Shown here: positions 1 through 6,966 of the stretch, in pieces
How the letters are laid out: each line of letters opens with the position of its first letter
How positions within the stretch are numbered: the first letter of the stretch is position 1
NCBI GenBank assembly: GCA_016183675.1
Contig: JACPEF010000033.1
Location: forward strand, 1-46,059
Direction of reading: 5' to 3'
Source of the DNA: Betaproteobacteria bacterium
Lineage (GTDB): Bacteria > Pseudomonadota > Gammaproteobacteria > Burkholderiales > SG8-41
Length of the DNA: 46,059 nt
Position numbers and translations under genes: made by a program
Notes under the pieces: model-generated
What the model saw: the letters and a program-made list of their open reading frames with translations, nothing else
Databases searched by the model: none
What the model was told of the DNA's origin: nothing

Positions 1-101
1 AGGTTGGGCAGCGCCGCGCCTTTGGTGGTGGAGGCGCCGACGACCGCCACCGTCTTCGGCTCGAACAACGGCCTGAACCGCTCGATGACGCTGGTTGTCA
101 T
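1..101 (-). CDS. CoA-binding domain protein (alpha-like part of a split NDP-forming acyl-CoA synthetase); 5-prime end only, runs off the window
   Basis: From the ATG at 99-101 the reverse strand reads MTTSVIERFRPLFEPKTVAVVGASTTKGAALPN. This is a typical N-terminus (KxVAVVGAS) of the CoA-binding proteins of the acetate--CoA ligase family. It is absent from the ORF track because no stop lies inside the window. Confidence 0.6.
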   Translation of the reverse strand, partial: MTTSVIERFRPLFEPKTVAVVGASTTKGAALPN

Positions 102-116
102 GTCAAGAGCAATATC

Positions 117-209
117 AGCCACAGAGACCATAGAGAACACGGAGAGTTAAAGCCCACGGGTTTTCCCTTGTCATGTTTTCCCTCTGTGAACTCTGTGTCC
201 TCTGTGGCT
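117..209. repeat. CCACAGAG-type composite palindrome, copy 1
   Basis: The left arm AGCCACAGAGACCATAGAGAACACGGAGAG (117-146) is imperfectly complementary to the right arm CCCTCTGTGAACTCTGTGTCCTCTGTGGCT (180-209). It lies between two co-directional minus-strand genes. Confidence 0.8.
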
Positions 210-227
210 AAAGCTCTTTGGTTTTTC

Positions 228-956
228 TTATCCGCGTTCATCGGCGTTCATCGGCGGCTGAGTCAGAACGAATCGCGCGTCCACCGCGACGGCGCCATGC
301 TCGGAGACGATCAACGGGTTGACGTCGGCTTCGCGGATGTCGGCCGCGTGGGTCATGAGCAGCCCCCCTTCGCCGCCGATCCTGAGCAGCGCGTCCACGA
401 TCGCCTCGCGCGATACGGGTTTCCTGCCGCGCACGCCCTTGAGCAGCGCTGCGCCTTTGAGCTCGTCGAGCATCTCCTCCGCATCGCGCCGCGTGATCGG
501 GCAAATGCGGAACGAAACGTCGGCCAGCACCTCGATCAAGATGCCGCCCAGGCCCACCATGACGAGCGGCCCGAACTGCGGATCCCGCAAGCCGCCCACC
601 ACGATCTCCTGCCCGGCCGGAGCCATTTCTTCGAGCAGGAACCCGTCGATGCGCGCGTTCGCGATTTGCGGGACCGCCATCATCGCGCGCACCGCCTGCC
701 CCACTTCCTCCGCGCTCTTCAATCCCACCCTCACTCCGCCGGCATCGCTCTTGTGCGGGATGTCGGGCGACATCACCTTGAGCACGAGCGGCGGTTTCAG
801 CGCTTTGAGCGCCTGCTCCGCTTCGGCCGCGCTCTGCAACACGACCGATTTCGGCACCGCGACCGCGAAACCGGCGAGCAGTCGCTTGCCGGCGACCTCG
901 TCCAGCGCCGCGCGCTTCTGCTTTCTTGCTTCAGCGATCTCGTCGAAACCCGACAT
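228..956 (-). CDS. ATP-grasp domain protein of the acetate--CoA ligase (ADP-forming) family, beta-like subunit
   Basis: ORF 228-1040 trimmed to the ATG at 954-956 (MSGFDEIAEARKQ...). The extra N-terminal 28 codons lie inside a repeat. The sequence PPLVLKVMSPDIPHKSDAGGVRVGL...GFLLEEMAPAGQEIVVGG...GPLVMVGLGGILIEVLADVSFRICP is typical of this ATP-grasp module. Confidence 0.8.
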   Translation of the reverse strand: MSGFDEIAEARKQKRAALDEVAGKRLLAGFAVAVPKSVVLQSAAEAEQALKALKPPLVLKVMSPDIPHKSDAGGVRVGLKSAEEVGQAVRAMMAVPQIANARIDGFLLEEMAPAGQEIVVGGLRDPQFGPLVMVGLGGILIEVLADVSFRICPITRRDAEEMLDELKGAALLKGVRGRKPVSREAIVDALLRIGGEGGLLMTHAADIREADVNPLIVSEHGAVAVDARFVLTQPPMNADERG

Positions 957-963
957 AGACCCT

Positions 964-1167
964 AAATTAGCCGCCAAGGCGCCAAGAACGCCAAGGAAAC
1001 CAAAAACAACAATGAAAATAACTTCAAGAACCGCAACCAATCACGTTCTTGATCCCGCTGGAGTTCTTGTGGTTCCGTCCAGTTGATCGTGTTCGCGGCG
1101 GTCTTGGCACTATTCGCGGCTCAATTATTGTTCTTCTTGGCGGCCTTGGCGTCTTGGCGGCTAATTT
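964..1167. repeat. Long inverted repeat built from GCCAAG-type 8-9-nt units
   Basis: The left arm AAATTAGCCGCCAAGGCGCCAAGAACGCCAAGGAAACCAAAAACAACAAT is matched by the reverse complement of the right arm ATTATTGTTCTTCTTGGCGGCCTTGGCGTCTTGGCGGCTAATTT (ends at 1167). An inner hairpin TCAAGAAC...GTTCTTGA lies near 1024-1052. The stop codon of the biotin carboxylase gene (1161-1163) is inside the right arm. Confidence 0.75.
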
Positions 1168-2513
1168 GCGGTTTGGCCGAGCACTTCGGCAATGAGGCCC
1201 GTGTGCACGCGCCCCGCGCGAAACGGCTCCGAGCGCAGCACCGCGAGCGCCGCCGGGATGTTGGTCTTCGGCCCCTGGATCTCGAAGGCTTCCAGTGCCC
1301 CGCAGAGCCGCTCGATCGCCCGCGCGCGTGTGGGCGCGTGCACGATCACCTTGGCGATCATGGGGTCGTAGTGCGGCGTCACGTCGCGTCCCTCCGCATA
1401 GCCGGTCTCTACTCGAACGCCCGGGTCCCGCGGCGGCCTGAACACCTTGAGCTTGCCGGGCGACGGATGGAAGCTCCTGGGATCTTCCGCGTACACCCGC
1501 GCCTGGATGGCATGGCCCCTCACTTCTAACCGTGCGGGCAGAATCTCCGCGAGCTTTTCGCCGGCGGCTGAGCGGATTTGCGCTTGCACCAGGTCCACCC
1601 CCGTGACTTCCTCGGTGACGCCGTGCTCGACCTGCAGCCGCGTGTTCATTTCGAGAAAACTGAAACACCCGTCCACGCCCATCAGCATCTCCACCGTGCC
1701 GATGTTGTCGTAGCCCATCTTGCGCATGATGTCGGCGATTTGCCCGGCCACCGCCGTCGCCCGGTTGCGCTCGATCCCTGGCGCAGGCGCCTCCTCGATC
1801 ACTTTCTGATTGCGCCGTTGCGTCGAGCAGTCGCGCTCGAATAAGTGGGTGGCTGCGCCGTGCGCGTCGGCGAGCACCTGGAACTCGACGTGGCGCGGGC
1901 GCTCGATCAGCCGCTCGAGGTACACATCGGCGGTGCCGAAGCCGCGTGCCGCCATCGAGCGCGAGCGCTCGACCGCTTGCGTCAACTGCGCCTCGTCCTG
2001 GGCGGGCAGCATGCCGATGCCGCCGCCCCCGCCTGCGGGCTTCACGAGAACGGGGAATCCGATCGCGCGCGCGGCCGCGGCGATCGCCTGGGCGTCCGCC
2101 GGCAGCACTTCCGAACCCTGCGACATCGGCATGCCGTAGCGGGCGGCGAGCCCGCGCGCGCGGGTCTTGTGGCCCATCGCTTCGATCCACTGCGGCGATG
2201 GTCCGATAAAGCGAACCCCCGTCTGTGTCACCTTTTGCGCAAACGCGGCGTTCTCGGAGAGAAAGCCATAGCCGGGGTGCAGCGCGTCGGCGTGCGACCT
2301 GCGGAGCACGTCGATCAACGCGTCCTGGTCGAGGTAGCTCTCGCGTGCTGGCGCCGGACCGATGGCGCAGGTCTCGCTCGCCATCGCGAGATAGGGCGCG
2401 CCCGCATCGGCTTCGGAGTACACCGCGACCGAGTGGAGGCCCATCTCGTTCAACGCCCGCAGCACCCGTGCCGCCACCGCCCCGCGATTCGCGACCACCA
2501 CCTTGTTAAACAC
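1161..2513 (-). CDS. Biotin carboxylase subunit of a biotin-dependent carboxylase
   Basis: The 451-aa ORF shows the classic N-terminus (M)FNKVVVANRGAVAARVLRA and HPGYGFLSENAAFA plus an ATP-grasp core. The track start is TTG at 2516; GTG at 2513 gives the canonical MFNK start. Confidence 0.93.
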   Translation of the reverse strand: MFNKVVVANRGAVAARVLRALNEMGLHSVAVYSEADAGAPYLAMASETCAIGPAPARESYLDQDALIDVLRRSHADALHPGYGFLSENAAFAQKVTQTGVRFIGPSPQWIEAMGHKTRARGLAARYGMPMSQGSEVLPADAQAIAAAARAIGFPVLVKPAGGGGGIGMLPAQDEAQLTQAVERSRSMAARGFGTADVYLERLIERPRHVEFQVLADAHGAATHLFERDCSTQRRNQKVIEEAPAPGIERNRATAVAGQIADIMRKMGYDNIGTVEMLMGVDGCFSFLEMNTRLQVEHGVTEEVTGVDLVQAQIRSAAGEKLAEILPARLEVRGHAIQARVYAEDPRSFHPSPGKLKVFRPPRDPGVRVETGYAEGRDVTPHYDPMIAKVIVHAPTRARAIERLCGALEAFEIQGPKTNIPAALAVLRSEPFRAGRVHTGLIAEVLGQTAN

Positions 2514-2526
2514 CAAGAAAACCTTT

Positions 2527-2605
2527 CACCACAGAGACACAGAGGCACGGAGACAGCGGAGATCAAGAAAATCATTAACCTCTGTGTTCTCTGTGCCTCT
2601 GTGGT
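2527..2605. repeat. CCACAGAG-type composite palindrome, copy 2
   Basis: CACCACAGAGACACAGAGGCACGGAGACAGCGGAG ... ACCTCTGTGTTCTCTGTGCCTCTGTGGT. It fills the spacer between the carboxyltransferase stop (2612) and the biotin carboxylase start. Confidence 0.8.
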
Positions 2606-2611
2606 TAATCT

Positions 2612-4147
2612 TCAGTAGCTCGTCGGCCAGGTGCGCATCAGGTGCTGGCCGACGCCCCGGGTCGTCCGAAGCTGGTGGACGTCGAGCATGCGAATCAGGT
2701 AGTCGCGCGTCTCCTCCGGGCGGATCACCGCCTGCGCCGCGAATACGGAAGCGAGGCCCCACACGTCGCTGCCCTTGCGGATGTCGGCGAAGGCTTCCTC
2801 GAAGCCAGGCTCGCCCGGGCCCACGCCGTGCACGATCCTGGTCGCGAACTCGGGGCTCATGAAGCTCACCTCCGCGGTCGGCCACGCCGCGACGTCGTCG
2901 GAGTGGCGGCCGCCGCCCATGCACACGTAGGCGCGCCCGTAGCTCTTGCGGATGATCACGGAAAGCCGCGGCACGGTCACCAGCGTCATCGCATTCATGA
3001 AATTCATGATCTTGCCCGGCGCGCCGGCCTTCTCCGCCTCCGTGCCGATCTGGAAGCCCGGCGTGTCCGCGAGCAGGACGATCGGCACGTTGAAGGAATC
3101 GCACAGCACCAGGAAATCGGTGATCTTGCGGCAGGCGTCCGCGTCGAGCGCGCCGCCCCGGTGCAGCGGGTTGTTGGCGACGATGCCGACGCTTTTCCCC
3201 CCGAGGCGCGCGAGCGCGGTGACCGCGCTCTTGCCGAAGCGGGGCTTCAGCTCGAAGAACGTGTCCTGGTCCACCAGCGCCTTGATGATTCTCCGCATGT
3301 CGTAGACCTGGGTGCGGCTCTCGGGAAGGATCGAGAACACGGTCTTCATGTCCGCGCCCGACCCCGCCGGCACCGGCGCATCGGGCGGCGCTTCCATGTG
3401 ATGACTCGGCAGATAGGAGAGAAAGCGGCGGATCGCCTGGAACACCTCTGCCTCGGTGTCCACCACCTGGTCCACGAGGCCCGTGGTCTCGGCGTGCAAG
3501 CGCCAGCCGCCGAGCTGCTCGACGTCAGCTTTTTCGCCGAGCGCCATCTCGACGAGCCGCGGGCTCGATACCGCCATGGTTGCGCCCTTGTGCATCACCG
3601 CGAAGTCGGCGCAGCACGCCAGCCACGCGGAGGAACCGAACGAGGGGCCCAGCACGGCGGTTGCAAGCGGGGCCTCGCGCGAGCGGCGGAACTGGGTGAG
3701 GTCGTTGCCGAGGAGCTGCCCCATGCCGCGCGAGCCCATCGCGTCGGGCAGCCGCGCGCCGGTGGATTCGCCGATGATGACGAGCGGGACGCCGCGCTCG
3801 GTCGCGGTGCGCTTCATGTGGGCGACCTTCTTGCTGTTGGTCGCGCTGGTGGAGGCGCCCTTCACGGTGAAGTCGTTCACCACGACCGCGACGTCGCGAC
3901 CGTTGATCCTGCCGTAGCCCGCGATCTTGCCGTCGGTCGGCGTCTCCTCCGCCTGTTCGGGATAGACCCCGGAAGTGCCGAACAGTCCGGACTCCATGAA
4001 GCTCCCGGGATCGACCAGCAGCGCCAGCCGCTCGCGCGCGTTGAGCTGCCCGGCTTTCCTGCGCTTCTCGAGCTTCTCCGGCCCTCCCATCGCGAGCGCC
4101 TTCGCGCGCCGCGCCTCGTATTCCGCCAACAATGTCTCGTACGCCAT
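2612..4147 (-). CDS. Acyl-CoA carboxylase carboxyltransferase (beta) subunit, paralog 1
   Basis: ORF 2612-4216 trimmed to the ATG at 4145-4147 (MAYETLLAEYEARRAKALAMGGPEKLEKRRKAGQLNARERL). Motifs GKIAGYGRINGRDVAVVVNDFTVKGAS and LLADTPGFQIG are typical of PccB/AccD-like carboxyltransferases. The C-terminus is ...RTWPTSY. Confidence 0.9.
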   Translation of the reverse strand: MAYETLLAEYEARRAKALAMGGPEKLEKRRKAGQLNARERLALLVDPGSFMESGLFGTSGVYPEQAEETPTDGKIAGYGRINGRDVAVVVNDFTVKGASTSATNSKKVAHMKRTATERGVPLVIIGESTGARLPDAMGSRGMGQLLGNDLTQFRRSREAPLATAVLGPSFGSSAWLACCADFAVMHKGATMAVSSPRLVEMALGEKADVEQLGGWRLHAETTGLVDQVVDTEAEVFQAIRRFLSYLPSHHMEAPPDAPVPAGSGADMKTVFSILPESRTQVYDMRRIIKALVDQDTFFELKPRFGKSAVTALARLGGKSVGIVANNPLHRGGALDADACRKITDFLVLCDSFNVPIVLLADTPGFQIGTEAEKAGAPGKIMNFMNAMTLVTVPRLSVIIRKSYGRAYVCMGGGRHSDDVAAWPTAEVSFMSPEFATRIVHGVGPGEPGFEEAFADIRKGSDVWGLASVFAAQAVIRPEETRDYLIRMLDVHQLRTTRGVGQHLMRTWPTSY

Positions 4148-4176
4148 CTTTTTATCCCTGTGCTTCGAACAAGTTA

Positions 4177-4266
4177 CCCGTGACGCAGTGACGCAGTGAC
4201 GCAGTGACGAAACCAATAAATCTTATTCTCTATTCCGTCACTTCGTCACCTCGTCACTTCGTCACC
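4177..4266. repeat. GTGACG-type composite palindrome (both arms present)
   Basis: The left arm is CCC(GTGACGCA)x3 GTGACGAAAC. The right arm CCGTCACTTCGTCACCTCGTCACTTCGTCACC is its complement with an 8-nt period. An AT-rich loop of about 20 nt separates them. Confidence 0.85.
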
Positions 4267-4278
4267 AGGCTGAGATTC

Positions 4279-4500
4279 TCAGCCGTCCAAAACGGCGACG
4301 ACCTGCCCCTCGGCTACCGCGTCCTTCTCCTTCACCCGGATCTCCTTGACCGTGCCGGGGTCCTCGGTGATCACGGGGATCTCCATCTTCATGGATTCGA
4401 TCACGATGAGGGTGTCGCCGGATTCGACCTTCTCGCCCGGCTTCGCCTTGACCTGCCACACGGTGCCGGTGATTTCGGATTTGACCTCGATGCGCGCCAT
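4279..4500 (-). CDS. Biotin carboxyl carrier protein (stand-alone biotinyl domain, 73 aa)
   Basis: ORF 4279-4563 trimmed to the ATG at 4498-4500 (MARIEVKSEITGTVWQVKAKPGEKVESGDTLIVIESMKMEIPV...). It has the biotin-attachment motif SMKM in a lipoyl/biotinyl fold context. Confidence 0.85.
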   Translation of the reverse strand: MARIEVKSEITGTVWQVKAKPGEKVESGDTLIVIESMKMEIPVITEDPGTVKEIRVKEKDAVAEGQVVAVLDG

Positions 4501-4574
4501 GGAAGCCGCCCGCTCGCGTTCGAATTGTTCCGGGCGCTCTCGTTCTGGTAGGATTCGGCGCAAATTCTAGCACG

Positions 4575-4603
4575 CAGGACGCAGCGGCGAGCGCTGCGTC
4601 CTG
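4575..4603. promoter_or_regulatory. Perfect 12-bp inverted repeat in the divergent promoter region (candidate operator or RNA hairpin)
   Basis: CAGGACGCAGCG (4575-4586), then a 5-nt spacer, then CGCTGCGTCCTG (4592-4603). It lies between the divergently transcribed BCCP gene (start 4500) and the gene starting at 4664. Confidence 0.35.
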
Positions 4604-4663
4604 AATGATTCTGGAAGCACTCGCGGCTTTTTTCGATAAACGCAACGGCGAATTCAAGAGGAG

Positions 4664-5350
4664 ATGATGCGGGGATTCACCACACGCCTGCTGCTGGCAA
4701 TCCTGGTCGTGGCGGTACTCGCCGAGCCGTTGCGTTCCCAGGAGCGCAAGCTCGAGCCGGCCGACGAGGCGGCGAAGGACGCCTCGTGGGTGAGCTTCAA
4801 GAACCGGCTGCTCGCCGCCCTCGAGAAGCGCGACCGCAAGTTCGTGCTCGGCATCCTTGACCGCAACGTCCGCAACAGCCTTAAAGGCCCGCGCGGCATC
4901 GCCGAATTCAGGAAACGGTGGGAACTCGACGCCGAGGACAGCCTTCTGTGGCGGGAGCTCCCGGCGGCGCTCTTCCTCGGGGCCGCCTACGTCAAACGCG
5001 AGAAAGGGCGGCGCGAATTGTGCGCGCCCTACGTGCTCGCCAGGTGGCCGGAGGATGTTGATCCCTTCGTGCACGGCGCGATCATCACGAAGGAAGTGCT
5101 GGTCAAGGCCGAGCCGTCTTCCGACTCGCGGACGTTGCAGGCGCTCTCCTATGACATCGTTTCCGTGGCCGACTGGGAGGTCGCCGACCGGAACGCCGCC
5201 GTGAAACAGCATTGGGTCAAGGTCAAGGTGAGGAGCGGCGAGGGGTACGTGCCCGAGGAGCAGATCCGCAGCCCGATCGAGCACAGCGCCTGCTTCGTCA
5301 AGACCGAGGACGGCTGGCGCATGACGGGCCTCGCGCCCGGCGGCGGATAA
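4664..5350 (+). CDS. Hypothetical secreted protein
   Basis: 228-aa ORF with the RBS AAGAGGAG just upstream. The N-terminus MMRGFTTRLLLAILVVAVLAEPLRSQE looks like a signal peptide. The C-terminal part looks like a bacterial SH3 domain, but that impression is weak. No family recognised. Confidence 0.65.
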   Translation: MMRGFTTRLLLAILVVAVLAEPLRSQERKLEPADEAAKDASWVSFKNRLLAALEKRDRKFVLGILDRNVRNSLKGPRGIAEFRKRWELDAEDSLLWRELPAALFLGAAYVKREKGRRELCAPYVLARWPEDVDPFVHGAIITKEVLVKAEPSSDSRTLQALSYDIVSVADWEVADRNAAVKQHWVKVKVRSGEGYVPEEQIRSPIEHSACFVKTEDGWRMTGLAPGGG

Positions 5351-5352
5351 GA

Positions 5353-5504
5353 CCCGTGAGAGCGGGAGAGCGTCAGAGCGTGAGAGCGACAAGATCCGTG
5401 AGGGCGTGAGAGCGTGAGCGCGGGAGAGGGAAATACGCCCCCCTCACGATCTCCCGATCTCTCGATCTCCCGGCTTTTCGACCTCCCGCCCTCACGATCT
5501 CCCC
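5353..5504. repeat. GTGAGAG/GGGAGAG-type composite palindrome
   Basis: The purine-rich left arm (5353-5430) has an 8-nt period: CGTGAGAG CGGGAGAG CGTCAGAG CGTGAGAG ... The right arm (5438-5504) is made of the complementary CTCACGATCTCCC-type units. Confidence 0.75.
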
Positions 5505-5533
5505 ACTTCACGTACTTTCTCGACCCATCGGGC

Positions 5534-6511
5534 ATGCGCTGCGCGATAATTTGTGCCGCATTCACCATGGCCGCCACTGGCACGTACGCGCTTGATCTCC
5601 AGGGCCACCGCGGCGCTCGGGGGCTCGCGCCGGAGAACACGCTGCCCGCATTCGCGCGCGCGCTCGCGATCGGCGTCACCACCCTCGAGATGGATTGCGC
5701 GATCACGAAGGACGGCGTGGTGGTGGTGAGCCACGACCCCGAGCTCAATCCCGACATCACGCGCGGCCCGGACGGAAAGTGGCTGGAGAAGGGCGGGCCT
5801 GCGATCTGGAGCCTTACCTACCAGGAGCTCCAGCGCTACGACATCGGCCGCATCAATTCGCGCTCCGCATACGCGAAGCGCTTCCCCAAGCAGCAAGCGG
5901 TGGACGGCACGCGCATCCCGCGGCTCGCGGACGTGTTCGCGCTCGTGCGGAAGAGCGGGAACGACACGGTGCGCTTCAACATCGAGACAAAGATCTCTCC
6001 CCTGGCTCCAGCCGAAACGACGAGCCCCGAGGATTTCGCCCGTGAATTAATTTCAGCCGTACGTTTGGCCGGAATGGCCGAACGTACGGCTATTCAGTCC
6101 TTCGACTGGCGCACGCTCGCGCTCGTGCAGAAGGAAGCGCCCGAGATCGCGACCGTGTACCTGACCACGGTCAGCGGCTTCATGGACAACATCCAGGCGG
6201 ACAAACCCGGATCGCCGTGGACCGCGGGCCATCGCGTGCGCGACCACGGCGGCTCGGTCCCGCGCATGATCAAGGCTGCGGGCGGCGCGGTATGGTCGCC
6301 CTATCGCGGCGATCTCACGCGCGAAGCGGTAAAGGAAGCCCAAGGGCTCAGCCTGAAAGTCGTGGTGTGGACGGTCAACGACCCCGCCGAAATGCGCCGC
6401 CTGATCAAGTGGGGCGTGCACGGCATCATCTCGGACCGCCCCGACCTGCTGCGCAAGGTCGCCGGGGAGATGGGGGTTTCGCTGCCGCGGCCGACGCCGG
6501 TTATGCCGTAG
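5534..6511 (+). CDS. Glycerophosphodiester phosphodiesterase (GDPD family), probably exported
   Basis: ORF 5414-6511 trimmed to the ATG at 5534, because the upstream codons lie in the repeat. LDLQGHRGARGLAPENTLPAFARALAIGVTTLEMDCAITKDGVVVVSHD is the GDPD signature region. Confidence 0.85.
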   Translation: MRCAIICAAFTMAATGTYALDLQGHRGARGLAPENTLPAFARALAIGVTTLEMDCAITKDGVVVVSHDPELNPDITRGPDGKWLEKGGPAIWSLTYQELQRYDIGRINSRSAYAKRFPKQQAVDGTRIPRLADVFALVRKSGNDTVRFNIETKISPLAPAETTSPEDFARELISAVRLAGMAERTAIQSFDWRTLALVQKEAPEIATVYLTTVSGFMDNIQADKPGSPWTAGHRVRDHGGSVPRMIKAAGGAVWSPYRGDLTREAVKEAQGLSLKVVVWTVNDPAEMRRLIKWGVHGIISDRPDLLRKVAGEMGVSLPRPTPVMP

Positions 6512-6576
6512 GCTCCGGGCAGGCGGCTGCGCGTGCTACGATTTTCCCCGAAACTCGATCCACTGGAGGAGCGTCC

Positions 6577-6870
6577 ATGGTCAAACTGGAATTTCACGAT
6601 CCGTCGGGCGCGCTCGAGGTGACGCAGCCGCATGCGCCGCGGCTCGCGTCCCTCGAGGGCAAGCGCATCGGCTTCGTCAGCAACGAGCAGTGGCAGGCCT
6701 ACCGCATGCTGCCGATGCTGAAGGAGATGCTCGAGCAGGACTTCCGGGGCATCACCGTGCTGCCGATAGACGCCTACCCCCAGGGCAACGCCCTGATCGG
6801 CACCGAGGAGACGGCGGCGCTGGTGAAGAAGAGCCGCGTCGACGCCGTCATCGTCGGCAACGCGGCTTGA
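6577..6870 (+). CDS. N-terminal module of a candidate selenoprotein; conventional ORF ending at TGA 6868-6870
   Basis: ATG at 6577 preceded by GGAGGA (6565-6570). It translates as MVKLEFHDPSGALEV...SRVDAVIVGNAA followed by TGA. The same frame continues with no other stop to 8304 (see finding). Confidence 0.7.
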   Translation: MVKLEFHDPSGALEVTQPHAPRLASLEGKRIGFVSNEQWQAYRMLPMLKEMLEQDFRGITVLPIDAYPQGNALIGTEETAALVKKSRVDAVIVGNAA

Positions 6871-6966
6871 GGGGCCTGCGCCACAGCATGCGGCCGTGCA
6901 GCCGCTAGGATAGAAGCGCTGGGCATCCCGACCGTCACGCTGACGCGGACGGATTTCGTCGGGGTC

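Noticed and set aside
1101-1120. TGGCAC-N5-GCGG resembling a sigma-54 -24/-12 element.
   Set aside because: The -12 element is not TTGC. It lies inside the 964-1167 inverted repeat, and no + strand gene follows it.
2642-4183. 513-aa ORF on the + strand.
   Set aside because: It is exactly antisense to the well-supported carboxyltransferase gene. Its translation is Arg/Ala/Gly-rich low-complexity sequence with no recognisable domain, which is the typical shadow ORF of a high-GC genome. The same reasoning applies to 1845-2618, 319-1086, 168-965 and 10878-12611.
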